From NCBI GenBank assembly GCA_002269645.1, contig NIVC01000695.1:186001-250000 (forward strand): 64,000 nt of DNA. The letters are read 5' to 3'. The notes under the pieces are model-generated. The model did not search any database. It saw nothing but the letters and a program-made list of their open reading frames with translations, and was not told where the DNA came from. The stretch comes from Macrostomum lignano. Its lineage: Eukaryota. This document shows positions 1 through 13,262 of the stretch, piece after piece (the stretch's first letter is position 1; every line of letters begins with the position of its first letter). A program made the translations under genes and the position numbers.

Positions 1-1902
1 TAAACAGCTCTTTCCGGATCCAAACCTCCTGTGTCCTTCCTATCCTCCTCCAGCAAGCAAGTTAACTGGGCCCTGGGGCTTTCCTTATACTCGTAACGCA
101 AAATAGGAAGAGTGCCGAAAATTGAAAAAAACGCGACGCAACCTATTTAATTGGCTGAATAGAAGACATTGTGTTTGAAATTTTTGCGCATTTGGCTCAA
201 TTTCTGCTGCTAAGGCTTCGACTCCGGAGTCCGGACGATATTTATTTCGAAGTCGAAATATGCCGGTAAGAATTGGCTATTTTATAATTTTCCTGTTTTG
301 TCAATAACACGGAGTCCAGTCCAGGCGGTCCAGTCAGCCGTTAGCCGACCAAACCCACTTGTCGTTGTCTTCTAAGTCTTAAAAAGGTTATCTAGCTTAA
401 TTTGTTTTAATTCTTTAATCCAGTAAAAGTAAAAGAATAATCAAAACTACGCAGTGTGATTTCGATTAGGCTATTTCGTATTTAGCAATATTTCCTTTCA
501 TTTCGCTTCTTAGCGTTCTCGAATCTCGTGCGCAAATTCCACTTTCTTCATCCTGCCGCTATAGTCGATATTTTTAGTATACGAGTATCAGTAATAATAA
601 AGCATCCCATGAATGAATGGCCAAACGTTAATCGAAAGCAATCGAGTGTCCTGTACATGTGAGCTATTGGTGATCTTGGTCAGAACCAAGCCATTATGAG
701 CTGATCCGACACTTAATAAATTAGTGTTGATTTTGGCTTGGCGTTGGTTTTGGTTAACTTTAAAGCGTTAATCGTCAAAAGCTCGTATCTACAGGTATAC
801 CCGTTGTGTTAATCGCCGATCAGATGAACCATCAATTATTCGTAATTCTGTTTCAGAAAAGACAAAAGTTTCAGTTCAGATGACAGTTAAAATAAAATGC
901 TGTTTTGAACTTTGTTTGGTTGACCTCTGTGCTACTAGCCCATAGTTTTTTGCCTCCAACCCCGTGTTTCTCTTTTAATAATTTGACTAAGACTTCTGAA
1001 CGAAGAGCTTGTTAAAATTGAAGATTCAAAGACAAACGAAATTGATTTTCAGTCTGTTTTGCAGCAGAGGGCAAAAAGTCTTAATTTGCGAGACGGTCGT
1101 GTTGGTGGCACCGCCTACTAAAACAAAAAGCGCAACAGTGAATTATATTTATAGTTATTAATTATTCATTTAAAACAAATGGTCTGCGCTATGAATCAGC
1201 CTCAGAAGTAGCTCATATATGTACCTTTAATTTCATTAATTTTGTTATAACCGCATTTCTCAGAGACTTCTTAAATCGCGTTTATCTGTAGATTTTTTAT
1301 TCAATTCAAATAAAAAAGCCGCAACTGCTATTAGAATTTTAGTTGTCTTATCGCTATCAAACTGGTACACCGTCATTCAAATACCATTGTCTACAATCAC
1401 TTTATTTCAAATATACCTAAATAAATTGATTTAAAAAAACTGTCTGCTTGACTTCGTCTGTTTAATTACTTTTTAATTGATTTAATAACAACAAAATTAT
1501 TTGCAGTATATATCAAATTTTAATTGATTTCGATTTCAACCAAAAAAGGCATTAAAATTGGCTCGCAAATTTTTAGCTTGATTTAAAAAAAATTGCCGAT
1601 CGAAAGTAACTTTGTTTTGTAGAATGTGTACATAGAGCTACGCTTCCTTGTAACACTGCAGGGTCAATGCTAGGTGCTAGCCGACTAATTAATTAATACG
1701 AGCGTACTTCAGCCTCTGATACTTCAGCAGCCTCAGCCATTCGCCTCTTCTTAATTACATTCACCTTTCCATGTACCTCTTCAACCCTTCGATATTACCT
1801 CCTTATTCTCACTCTAATCTATTCTACTTTTGCATAGTAATATCCCAACCCACTCAATCAGCTCCCTTACTTCCCATTTTCCGTTTCCCACTCTATCACT
1901 AT

Positions 1903-3325
1903 TTCCGCTCCCCATCTCTGCCGCTCTCTTTTTCCGCTCCCAGTCTCTTTCCGCTCCCTCACTCTCTTTTTCCGCTCCCTCACTCTCTTTTTCCGCTCCC
2001 CCGCTCTCTTTTTCCGCTCCCAGTCTCTTTCCGCTCCCTCACTCTCTTTTTCCGCTCCCTCACTCTCTTTTTCCGCTCCCCCGCTCTCTTTTTCCGCTCC
2101 CCCACTCTCTTTTTCCGCTCCCTCACTCTCTTTTTCCGCTCCCTAACTCTCTTTTTCCGCTCCCTCACTCCTTTTTCCGCTCCCTCACTCTCTTTTTTCC
2201 GCTCCCTCTTTCTCTTTTTTTCCGCTCCCTCACTCTCTTTCCGCTCCCTCTCTCTTTTTCCGCTCCCTCACTCTCTCTTTCCGCTCCCTCACTCTCTTTT
2301 TCCGCTCCCAGTCTCTTTCCGCTCCCTCACTCTCTTTTTCCGCTCCCTAACTCTCTTTTTCCGCTCCCTCACTCTCTTTTACCGCTCCCTCACTCTTTTT
2401 TTCGCTTCCTCACTCCTTTTTCCGCTCCCTCTCTCTTTTTTCCGCTCCCTCTTTCTCTTTTTTTCCGCTCCCTCACTCTCTTTCCGCTCCCTCTCTCTTT
2501 TTCCGCTCCCAGTCTCTTTCCGCTCCCTCACTCTCTTTTTCCGCTCCCTAACTCTCTTTTTCCGCTCCCTCACTCTCTTTTACCGCTCCCTCACTCTTTT
2601 TTTCGCTTCCTCACTCCTTTTTCCGCTCCCTCACTCTCTTTTTTCCGCTCCCTCTTTCTCTTTTTTTCCGCTCCCTCACTCTCTTTCCGCTCCCTCTCTC
2701 TTTTTCCGCTCCCTCACTCTCTTTTTCCGCTCCCTCACTCTCTCTTTCCGCTCCCTCACTCTCTTTTTCCGCTCCCAGTCTCTTTCCGCTCCCTCACTCT
2801 CTTTTTCCGCTCCCTAACTCTCTTTTTCCGCTCCCTCACTCTCTTTTACCGCTCCCTCACTCTTTTTTTCGCTTCCTCACTCTCTTTTTCCGCTCCCAGT
2901 CTCTTTTTCCGCTCCCTCACTCACTTTTTCCGCTCCCTCACTCTCTTTTTCCGCTCCCTCACTCCTTTTCCCGCTCCCTCACTCCTTTTCCCGCTCCCTA
3001 ACTCTCTTTTTCCGCTCCCTCACTCCTTTTTCCGCTCCCTCACTCTCTTTTTTCCGCTCCCTCTTTCTCTTTTTTCCGCTCCCTCACTCTCTTTCCGCTC
3101 CCTCTCTCTTTTTCCGCTCCCTCACTCTCTCTTTCCGCTCCCTCACTCTCTTTTTCCGCTCCCTCACTCTCTTTTTCCGCTCCCAGTCTCTTTCCGCTCC
3201 CTCACTCTCTTTTTCCGCTCCCTCACTCTCTTTTACCGCTCCCTCACTCCTTTTTTCGCTTCCTCACTCCTTTTTCCGCTCTTTGCCGCTCCCTCTAATC
3301 TCCTTTCCGCTCCCCTCCACTCTTT
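1903..3325. repeat. CT-rich ~20-23 bp minisatellite (TTCCGCTCCCTCACTCTCTTT)
   Basis: Tandem units visible directly; ORFs 1771..2817 and 1830..3377 are translations of it. Confidence 0.95.
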
Positions 3326-3714
3326 TGCTCCTTATTTCCTGTCTTGCCCGCTCCAACCTGAACTGCTCATGAACTGAATCTCCTTTTTACGGCTAGAATG
3401 CCACCATAATCATCAAGCATCATCGAAAAACGCAATTTGTTTTGTCAATTGAAATCGAAATTGCCTACTTGCTACTTTAAGTAGGCGAAGCAGAATTTTC
3501 TTGACTTGACTTGAGAATTTTAAACAATTTCAAGTTTACCAACAGATCTTGTTTCATCTTGTTTCAATGACAGACAATTGTAAGTTGTGAACGATTAGTT
3601 CACACGGTGATGAACCACAGATGCGAATGACCACTAGCCTATGACAAGAAAGGTCATAAAAGACGGGGCATCTGTATGTAGATCTCCTAGTAAGGTTGTG
3701 AACAACAGATCGAC

Positions 3715-4060
3715 ATCGAATGACAGATTCACTGCCTGTGAATGACAGATTTAAGGTTTGTGAATGACAGATTTAAGGTTTGTGAATGACAGATTTAAGG
3801 TTTGTGAATGACAGATTTAAGGCTGTGAATAGATTGAAGGTCTGTGAATGACAGATTTAAGGTTTGTGAATGACAGATTTAAGGTTTGTGAATGACAGAC
3901 TTAAGGCTGTGAATGACAATTTTAGGGCTGTGAATGACAGATTTAAGGCTGTGAATGACAGATTTCAGGCTGTGAATGACAGATTTAAGGCTGTGAATGA
4001 CAGATTTAAGGCTGTGAATGACAGATTTAAGGCTGTGAATGACAGGATTAAGGCTTGTGA
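3715..4060. repeat. 21-22 bp minisatellite (TGTGAATGACAGATTTAAGGC)
   Basis: About 15 tandem units. Confidence 0.95.
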
Positions 4061-4718
4061 ACAGTATATTTTTGGCTGTTTCTAGCCTGAGAACTAAAAA
4101 GTAAAAAAGTCAAATTATCTGGCACAATCCCTTAATTTTTCTAGCTCCGGTCCCCTCCCTGACGCCGCTTCCCAAGCCTCTGACGCCCTGACAACAAAAA
4201 AATGGGACGCGCGGCGGGGTGTTGCAAAACTTTCCGTGCTGCTGCTGAAGGATTACCGCCGGTTTAGTACCATCAACAATCGTACATAGCAACCGGAAGC
4301 CTAACGCGGATCTGACTCCCCTCCCTATAGATCCTGGCTTTTATATTCCCAAAATTTTATCGCTAATTCCATAAAAATTTTATTGAATTCTGCAGGAAGG
4401 CATGCAACAACAGGACACGAGAAAGGTGATGCCCCATTGCCCTTATCTTTTCTCCCCAATCTTGTCTGCTTTTGGATTGCTTGCTGCAGTTTTGCAGTCT
4501 GCATAAGTATATGTTAACTACCAATAGGTGGCACCTTATATAGAGCTTTTGACACTGTCATTGCGTTATAATATCGCATATGACACTTGTGGCTCTTGGA
4601 TACTTATCAGTTAGTTGTTTATACGAAACCGATATTGTACCCGAGCGGCAAACCCATAGGATGCATAAAATTATAACATGTAACTACGAGCGTATACTCA
4701 CGTAAAATGTAAATGTGG

Positions 4719-7395
4719 ACTGTCACAGAGTGATCCTCATGAACTGTCATAGAGTGATCCTCATGAACTGTCATAGAGTGATCCTCATGAACTGTCATAG
4801 AGTGATCCTCATGAACTGTGATAGAGTGATCCTCATGAACTGTCATAGAGTGATCCTCATGAACTGTCATAGAGTGATCCTCATGAACTGTGATAGAGTG
4901 ATCCTCATGAACTGTCATAGAGTGATCCTCATGAACTGTGATAGAGTGATCCTCATGAACTGTCATAGAGTGATCCTCATGAACTGTCACAGAGTGATCC
5001 TCATGAACTGTCATAGAGTGATCCTCATGAACTGTCATAGAGTGATCCTCATGAACTGTGATAGAGTGATCCTCATGAACTGTCATAGAGTGATCCTCAT
5101 GAACTGTCATAGAGTGATCCTCATGAACTGTCATAGAGTGATCCTCATGAACTGTCATAGAGTGATCCTCATGAACTGTCATAGAGTGATCCTCATGAAC
5201 TGTCATAGAGTGATCCTCATGAACTGTCATAGAGTGATCCTCATGAACTGTCATAGAGTGATTCTCATGAACTGTCATAGAGTGATCCTCATGAACTGTC
5301 ATAGAGTGATTCTCATGAACTGTCATAGAGTGATCCTCATGAACTGTGATAGAGTGATCCTCATGAACTGTCATAGAGAGATCCTCATGAACTGTGATAG
5401 AGTGATCCTCATGAACTGTCATAGAGTGATCCTCATGAACTGTCACAGAGTGATCCTCATGAACTGTCATAGAGTGATCCTCATGAACTGTCATAGAGTG
5501 ATCCTCATGAACTGTCATAGAGTGATCCTCATGAACTGTCATAGAGTGATCCTCATGAACTGTCATAGAGTGATCCTCATGAACTGTCATAGAGTGATCC
5601 TCATGAACTGTCATAGAGTGATCCTCATGAACTGTCATAGAGTGATCCTCATGAACTGTCATAGAGTGATCCTCATGAACTGTGAGTGATCCTCATGAAC
5701 TGTGATAGAGTGATCCTCATGAACTGTGATAGAGTGATCCTCATGAACTGTCATAGAGTGATCCTCATGAACTGTCATAGAGTGATCCTCATGAACTGTG
5801 ATAGAGTGATCCTCATGAACTGTGAGTGATCCTCATGAACTGTGATAGAGTGATCCTCATGAACTGTGATAGAGTGATCCTCATGAACTGTCATAGAGTG
5901 ATCCTCATGAACTGTGATAGAGTGATCCTCATGAACTGTGAGTGATCCTCATGAACTGTGATAGAGTGATCCTCATGAACTGTGAGTGATCCTCATGAAC
6001 TGTGATAGAGTGATCCTCATGAACTGTCATAGAGTGATCCTCATGAACTGTCATAGAGTGATCCTCATGAACTGTCATAGAGTGATCCTCATGAACTGTC
6101 ATAGAGTGATCCTCATGAACTGTGATAGAGTGATCCTCATGAACTGTGATAGAGTGATCCTCATGAACTGTCATAGAGTGATCCTTATGAACTGTCATAG
6201 AGTGATCCTCATGAACTGTCATAGAGTGATCCTCATGAACTGTCATAGAGTGATCCTCATGAACTGTCATAGAGTGATCCTCATGAACTGTCATAGAGTG
6301 ATCCTCATGAACTGTCATAGAGTGATCCTCATGAACTGTCATAGAGTGATCCTCATGAACTGTCATAGAGTGATCCTCATGAACTGTCATAGAGTGATCC
6401 TCATGAACTGTCATAGAGTGATCCTCATGAACTGTCATAGAGTGATTCTCATGAACTGTCATAGAGTGATCCTCATGAACTGTCATAGAGTGATCCTCAT
6501 GAACTGTGAGTGATCCTCATGAACTGTGATAGAGTGATCCTCATGAACTGTCATAGAGTGATCCTCATGAACTGTGATAGAGTGATCCTCATGAACTGTG
6601 ATAGAGTGATCCTCATGAACTGTGATAGAGTGATCCTCATGAACTGTCATAGAGTGATCCTCATGAACTGTCATAGAGTGATCCTCATGAACTGTCATAG
6701 AGTGATCCTCATGAACTGTCATAGAGTGATCCTCATGAACTGTCATAGAGTGATCCTCATGAACTGTCATAGAGTGATCCTCATGAACTGTCATAGAGTG
6801 ATCCTCATGAACTGTCATAGAGTGATCCTTATGAACTGTCATAGAGTGATCCTCATGAACTGTCATAGAGTGATCCTCATGAACTGTCATAGAGTGATCC
6901 TCATGAACTGTCATAGAGTGATCCTCATGAACTGTCATAGAGTGATCCTCATGAACTGTCATAGAGTGATCCTCATGAACTGTCATAGAGTGATCCTCAT
7001 GAACTGTCATAGAGTGATCCTCATGAACTGTCATAGAGTGATCCTCATGAACTGTCATAGAGTGATCCTCATGAACTGTCATAGAGTGATTCTCATGAAC
7101 TGTCATAGAGTGATCCTCATGAACTGTCATAGAGTGATTCTCATGAACTGTCATAGAGTGATTCTCATGAACTGTCATAGAGTGATCCTCATGAACTGTC
7201 ATAGAGTGATCCTCATGAACTGTCATAGAGTGATCCTCATGAACTGTCATAGAGTGATCCTCATGAACTGTCATAGAGTGATCCTCATGAACTGTCATAG
7301 AGTGATCCTCATGAACTGTCATAGAGTGATCCTCATGAACTGTCATAGAGTGATCCTCATGAACTGTCATAGAGTGATCCTCATGAACTGTCATA
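4719..7395. repeat. 24-bp minisatellite (AGAGTGATCCTCATGAACTGTCAT), ~2.7 kb, very homogeneous
   Basis: Roughly 110 near-identical units with occasional 5-bp-deleted variants; no spacers. Confidence 0.97.
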
Positions 7396-7783
7396 AAACT
7401 GCGAGTTGACAAGCATGTGGAATGTCGGATGATGGAGTACAATGTATGGCTGATTTTGCTGACTATTCATACAACAGTCCATTCGTTGTAAAAACGGCAG
7501 GTCCAAGGATGGACGGCAGGTATAAAACAAGCTTTGCATTGCATATTTTATGAGCCTCGCTTATGGTCGAGCGGATACTCAAATCGTATTTGGATACGAG
7601 CTGGGCTGGGCTGCAATTTATATAATGGGCATTGCTCAAGGAATACTACGAGTATATCTAGAGTTTCCTATAACAGACAGTGCAGATTGAATATTTTACA
7701 ATTCTAATTTAAAATAACTCGTGGGATTAATGATTTTAATTTCTAAACCTTAGCTAAACACAAGCTTGATTTATGGTCCTATT

Positions 7784-8205
7784 ATAGCACCCATAATCTT
7801 AATAGCACCCCTAATCCTAATAGCAATCCTAATCCTAATAGCACCCCTAATTCTAATAGCACCCCTAATCCTAATAGCACCCCTAATCCTAATAGCGCCC
7901 CTAATCCTAATAGCACCCCTAATCCTAATAGCACCCCTAATCCTAATAGCGCCCCTAATCCTAATAGCACCCCTATTTCTAATAGCACCCCTAACCCTAA
8001 TAGCACCCCTAATCCTAATAGCACCCCTAATCCTAATAGCACCCCTAATCCTAATAGCACCCCTAATCCTAATAGCACCCCTATTTCTAATAGCACCCCT
8101 AACCCTAATAGCGCCCCTAATCCTAATAGCACCCCTAATCCTAATAGCACCCCTAATCCTAATAGCACCCCTAATCCTAATAGCACCCCTAATAGCAATC
8201 CTAAT
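7784..8205. repeat. 18-bp minisatellite (AATAGCACCCCTAATCCT)
   Basis: About 23 tandem units. Confidence 0.95.
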
Positions 8206-8282
8206 AAAAATAAGACAACAGTCAGAGCACTCGTGAGTGCCCTAAAAGGCAGCGCCACTAAGATTCTGGTTTCCAATCCAGA

Positions 8283-8793
8283 TGTTCGTATCCCTGCAGT
8301 CTAGCTCCATGGTGTCCAAGGCTCGCGTTTTCCGCCGCTCACCTCCCCTCTTCGCCCCCCTCCCCACCGGCCCGCCCGCCCCGCTTGTCGAGTCTTCTGC
8401 TTCAACAGCCAATCAGCAAGGAGACCGATTCTCCTGTCTCCGAGCTCTCCGCCGCTTTCTGTCAGAGCGCCGCAATCTGTATCAGGCAAGGCAAGGGGTC
8501 TCCACGCGGTCGCTAGGGGCTCGTAACCCCGGCCTTTATATATCTAATCCCAAAACATAAATCCTTCGACCCGCAATACACGCACACACACACACACCCA
8601 AACATTTCAGTCCCGCTATATAGCTCTGCCTTCAAACCATAAATTTGGCAATATTTAGCCCATTAAACCTTCTTAGTTGCCGTTGGACCCCTTCTCTCTC
8701 TCTCTCTCTCTCTTACGATCCACCTCGACAACTACTAGTGATTACAATATCTGTCCTAGCACTGCATCTCTGTCCCATCTCTAGTCGGCAACA
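8283..8793 (+). other. Orphan promoter-like island, possibly a solo LTR
   Basis: TGTT at 8283 and AACA ending 8793. Contains GC boxes (CCCGCCCGCCCCGC), AGCCAATCAG, TTTATATAT, then CA and CT runs. No clean TSD and no gene found downstream. Confidence 0.3.
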
Positions 8794-9068
8794 AATCCTT
8801 TTATTGCGTCATAATTTTTCGGCCTTTTAAGAGGTAAGCTAGCCCTGCATGCATACGGTTTTTATTATTTGGGTTAATGCTAAAGTTAACTGCATTCGCC
8901 TGCATGGCGAGTTATGGGTGTTATATATAGGGCCAGGAGTTAGAGCCAAGATGTGCGCTGTAGGCTCGAACTCCCAAGCCAAGATTTGTTTGCTTGTTTA
9001 TCTTGTCTCGGCGGAATTGCCGTCAGCCGAAGTCGTTGCGCGTTAGGATTCCCACAACAGCCTTCCTG

Positions 9069-9268
9069 CATGCAAATTAAATGTACTCAGCAACATTGAG
9101 AAGTCGCCAACCCTTTGCCCCAGTGAGCAGTGTCTTTCGATCACAAGATGCGTGTGCAAGTGGCGCAAGTTGCGTCACTCAAAAGTCAATAAATACTGAG
9201 CTGGAGTTTACTGCGCACTCTCAAAGGTGGCGACTTTTTTAATGTTGCTGAGTATTTATTTATGCATG
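9069..9268. mobile_element. ~200-bp MITE-like fold-back element
   Basis: TACTCAGCAACATTGAGAAGTCGCCA (~9084) is inverted as TGGCGACTTTTTTAATGTTGCTGAGTA (~9228-9254); the imperfect IR extends to about 45 bp. Confidence 0.6.
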
Positions 9269-9329
9269 GTTGTCCATGTCTACAACCCTACAATAGCACC
9301 GTAAGAGAGCCCCGGTACGAGATCCGGTC

Positions 9330-10005
9330 CTGCAGGGTTATAAGGGTGCTGCAGGGTCTAAGGGGTGCTGCAGGGTCTAAGGGGTGCTGCAGGGTCCAAG
9401 GGGTGCTGCAGGGTCTAAGGGGTGCTGCAGGGTCTAAGGGGTGCTGCAGGGTCTAAGGGGTGCTGCAGGGTCCAAGGGGTGCTGCAGGGTCTAAGGGGTG
9501 CTGCAGGGTCTAAGGGGTGCTGCAGGGTCCAAGGGGTGCTGCAGGGTCTAAGGGGTGCTGCAGGGTCTAAGGGGTGCTGCAGGGTCTAAGGGGTGCTGCA
9601 GGGTCTAAGGGGTGCTGCAGGGTCCAAGGGGTGCTGCAGGGTCTAAGGGGTGCTGCAGGGTCCAAGGGGTGCTGCAGGGTCTAAGGGGTGCTGCAGGGTC
9701 TAAGGGGTGCTGCAGGGTCAAAGGGGTGCTGCAGGGTCTAAGGGTGCTGCAGGGTCTAAGGGGTGCTGCAGGGTCTAAGGGGTGCTGCAGGGTCCAAGGG
9801 GTGCTGCAGGGTCTAAGGGGTGCTGCAGGGTCCAAGGGGTGCTGCAGGGTCTAAGGGGTGCTGCAGGGTCTAAGGGGTGCTGCAGGGTCTAAGGGGTGCT
9901 GCAGGGTCTAAGGGGTGCTGCAGGGTCTAAGGGGTGCTTCAAGGTCTAAGGGGTGCTGCAGGGTCTAAGGGGTGCTGCAGGGTCTAAGGGGTGCTGCAGG
10001 GTCTA
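9330..10005. repeat. 20-bp minisatellite (GGGGTGCTGCAGGGTCTAAG)
   Basis: About 33 tandem units. Confidence 0.95.
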
Positions 10006-10059
10006 CGGGAGATATAGAAAAATCTGGGGAATTGCAAGAAATGCAGGAAGGTGTAGGGG

Positions 10060-10158
10060 AGTGTAGGGAGATGTAGGGAATGCAAGGACATGTAGGGAAT
10101 GCAAGGACATGTAGGGAATGCAAGGACATGTAGGGAATGCAGGGAAATGTAGGGAATG
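10060..10158. repeat. Short 19-bp array (ATGTAGGGAATGCAAGGAC)
   Basis: 4-5 units; reverse-complement relative of the array at 11405. Confidence 0.8.
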
Positions 10159-10469
10159 AAGGGGAGAGGTAGGAAAAGGATCGATCGAGATGAGGGCGAA
10201 GATTCTGCAGGTAGACAAAGGTGCAGACAGGTAGAAAAAAATCAAGATGCTTCAAAGAAATCCAGATGGACTGCAAAGCATACACTCGAAAAGCTTTTTA
10301 AAAAAGCAGAACGACTTATGCATCCTATAATTTCCACTTCATTTCTTGAACACAGAATATCAAAGCAACTTTATTAAAACGAAAGGATGGAAAAATTTAA
10401 CTGACAAAACGAAAGTTCGGTACCAATACTAATTTAGGGGCTCATCGACTTCCGCCCGCGGGATCGCTC

Positions 10470-10935
10470 GTCTCTCCTCCTATCTCCTCTCCCATTCCTT
10501 TTCCTCCCTCGTCTCCTCTCTCATCTCCTCTCTCATCTCCTCTCTCATCTCCTCTCTCATCTCCTCTCTCATCTCCTCTCTCATCTCCTCTCTCATCTCC
10601 TCTCTCATCTCCTCTCTCATCTCCTCTCTCATCTCCTCTCTCATCTCCTCTCTCATCTCCTCTCTCATCTCCTCTCTCATCTCCTCTCTTATCTCCTCCC
10701 TTGTCTCCTCTCTCACCTCCTCTCTCATCTTCTCTCTAATCTCTTCTCTCATCTCCTCTCTCACCTCCTCTCACCTCCTCTCTCATCTCCTCTCTCGTCT
10801 CCTCTCTCATCTCCTCTCTTATCTTCTCACTTGTATCCTCTCTCACCTCCTCTCTCACCTCCTCTCTCATCTCCTCTCTCATCTCCTCTCTTCTCTCCTC
10901 TATCGTCTCCTCCCGCGTCTCCTCTTTCATCTCTT
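10470..10935. repeat. 12-bp minisatellite (TCTCCTCTCTCA)
   Basis: Tandem units; source of the EEMR artefact ORF. Confidence 0.93.
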
Positions 10936-11404
10936 TTCTCTCTTCCCTCCCTTTTCCTGTCTCACCTGGCCGCAGCCATGAGCTGGGCATGGATATCTGG
11001 CCCTTGAGGTTGAAAAGTTTGCCAACCCCCCCCCCCTGAAGGCGATTGCAACAATAAGGAAAGTGTATACAAACTAAAAGGCCGCCCACTTGTTCTTTGT
11101 ATACTTGAATCTGCAGCACAGATGCTTCTAGTTTAAAAGTATCAAATTAAAAGAACTGAAAAGATTAAAGTCATAAAAATTGAAAAAACTGAAACTGCCC
11201 GCTCAATCATGCTTGTTAAAGATGCCTAAAATCTTCTATAATAAGCTTCAAGCTCTTTGATTCAGCGAAGCACTTAAGGCCCTAGTGACAATGGCCAATT
11301 AAATCAGGCATGCATTTCGTTTTCATAATTAATTTGCAATTCATCGATTGTAAAAATAGCAGCACTCCTTAGACCCTGCCTGCAGCACCCCTACATCTCT
11401 CTGG

Positions 11405-11866
11405 GCCTGCCTTCCCTACATCTCCTTGCCTTCCCTACATCTCCTTGCCTTCCCTACATCTCCTTGCCTTCCCTACATCTCCTTGCCTTCCCTACATCTC
11501 CTTGCCTTCCCTACATCTCCTTGCCTTCCCTACATCTCCTTGCCTTCCCTACATCTCCTTGCCTTCCCTACATCTCCTTGCCTTCCCTACATCTCCTTGC
11601 CTTCCCTACATCTCCTTGCCTTCCCTACATCTCCTTGCCTTCCCTACATCTCCTTGCCTTCCCTACATCTCCTTGCCTTCCCTACATCTCCTTGCCTTCC
11701 CTACATCTCCTTGCCTTCCCTACATCTCCTTGCCTTCCCTACATCTCCTTGCCTTCCCTACATCTCCTTGCCTTCCCTACATCTCCTTGCCTTCCCTACA
11801 TCTCCTTGCCTTCCCTACATCTCCTTGCCTTCCCTACATCTCCTTGCCTTCCCTACATCTCCTTGC
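11405..11866. repeat. 19-bp minisatellite (CCTTCCCTACATCTCCTTG)
   Basis: About 24 essentially perfect units. Confidence 0.96.
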
Positions 11867-12554
11867 ACTACTTATATCTGAATATACGCTCGTAATGAGC
11901 TTACCATCTAAAAGCAAAGAACTTTAAGCCATGCAGAACTGCAGTCAAAGAAAATTATGAATTAATGTTGTAAATCTTAACATCTTGCTTGCCATTAAAT
12001 GCACAGCAATTATAACAGGCATGGCGACACGTGACTGCTTGCTTGGCGTTGGCGCCTGCTTTTATAAGGCAAAGGCGACGTTGAGACTTCTGAAAATTAA
12101 TTGGTGCAATAATTGTATTATATAGTATAATGTTGTAAAGAACGTTCGTTATTAGTATAGAATGTATTAGTTTAGTTAGTAATCAAATTTCTCAGAGTGC
12201 AGTGGGGAGTATGTACATGTTGTCTCCAGTAAGTCTGCCGCTAATAATTGATAAAACGATTTATAAATACAAATACGACTTGACTTAATAAACGATCCAG
12301 CCAGTCATTCAGGCGACGGTCTAGTGAAAGCCAACAAAAATAATAATGTAATAAAATAAGTTTATATAATTGGCAATTAAGTTTGAGTTTGAGTTTGAGC
12401 TTGTAAAAGATCTTGCAAATGCACGTATGCAGAACATTTACACTTTGGTGGATTAAATTAAACGCCCTTAATTAATAATTAACAGGTAAACTGTTATAAC
12501 TGTGCATGGATCCCTTAGGCTCTGTGCTAGCTTCCTCTCATATTCCACCTTCAC

Positions 12555-13262
12555 AATCTCTATCTATACCCTCTATATATACTCTCCGCTCTCTTCCAAC
12601 TTTACCCTCTCTATCTATCCTCCGCTCTCTCCAAACTTTACCCTCTCTATCTATCCTCCGCTCTCTTCCAACTTTACCCTCTCTATCTATACCCTCCGCT
12701 CTCTCCCAACTTTACCCTCTCTATCTATACCCTCCGCTCTCTCCCAACTTTACTCTCTCTATCTACACCCTCCGCTCTCTCCCAAATTTACCCTCTTTAT
12801 CTATACCCTCCGCTCTCTTCCAACTTTACCCTCTCTATCTATACCCTCCGCTCTCTCCCAACTTTACCCTCTCTATCTATACCCTCCGCTCTCTCCCAAC
12901 TTTACCCTTTTTATCTATACCCTCCGCTCTCTTGCAACTTTACCCTCTCTATCTATACCCTCCGCTCTCTCCCAACTTTACCCTCTCTATCTATACCCTC
13001 CGCTCTCTCCCAACTTTACCCTCTCTATCTATACCCTCCGCTCTCTCCCAACTTTACCCTCTCTATCTATACCCTCCGCTCTCTCCCAACTTTACCCTCT
13101 CTATCTATACCCTCCGCTCTCTTCCAACTTTACCCTCTCTATCTATACCCTCCGCTCTCTTCCAACTTTACCCTCTCTATCTATACTCTCCGCTCTCTCC
13201 CAACTTTACCCTCTCTATCTATCCTCCGCTCTCTCCCAACTTTACCTACTCTATCTACCCTC
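12555..13262. repeat. 38-bp minisatellite (CCCTCCGCTCTCTCCCAACTTTACCCTCTCTATCTATA)
   Basis: About 18 units. Confidence 0.95.

Noticed and set aside
86-590. MITE bounded by ATACTCGTA / TACGAGTAT
   Set aside because: The inverted match is only about 9-10 bp perfect, too short to support without copy-number data.
1771-3377. 348-aa and 515-aa ORFs
   Set aside because: Translations of a CT-rich minisatellite; no splice or domain support.
4619-7442. 24-bp repeat as a CRISPR array or long repetitive protein (MTVHEDHS / CHRVILMN)
   Set aside because: Units are head-to-tail with no spacers, there are no cas genes and the context is eukaryotic. The ORFs exist only because a 24-bp unit lacks stops.
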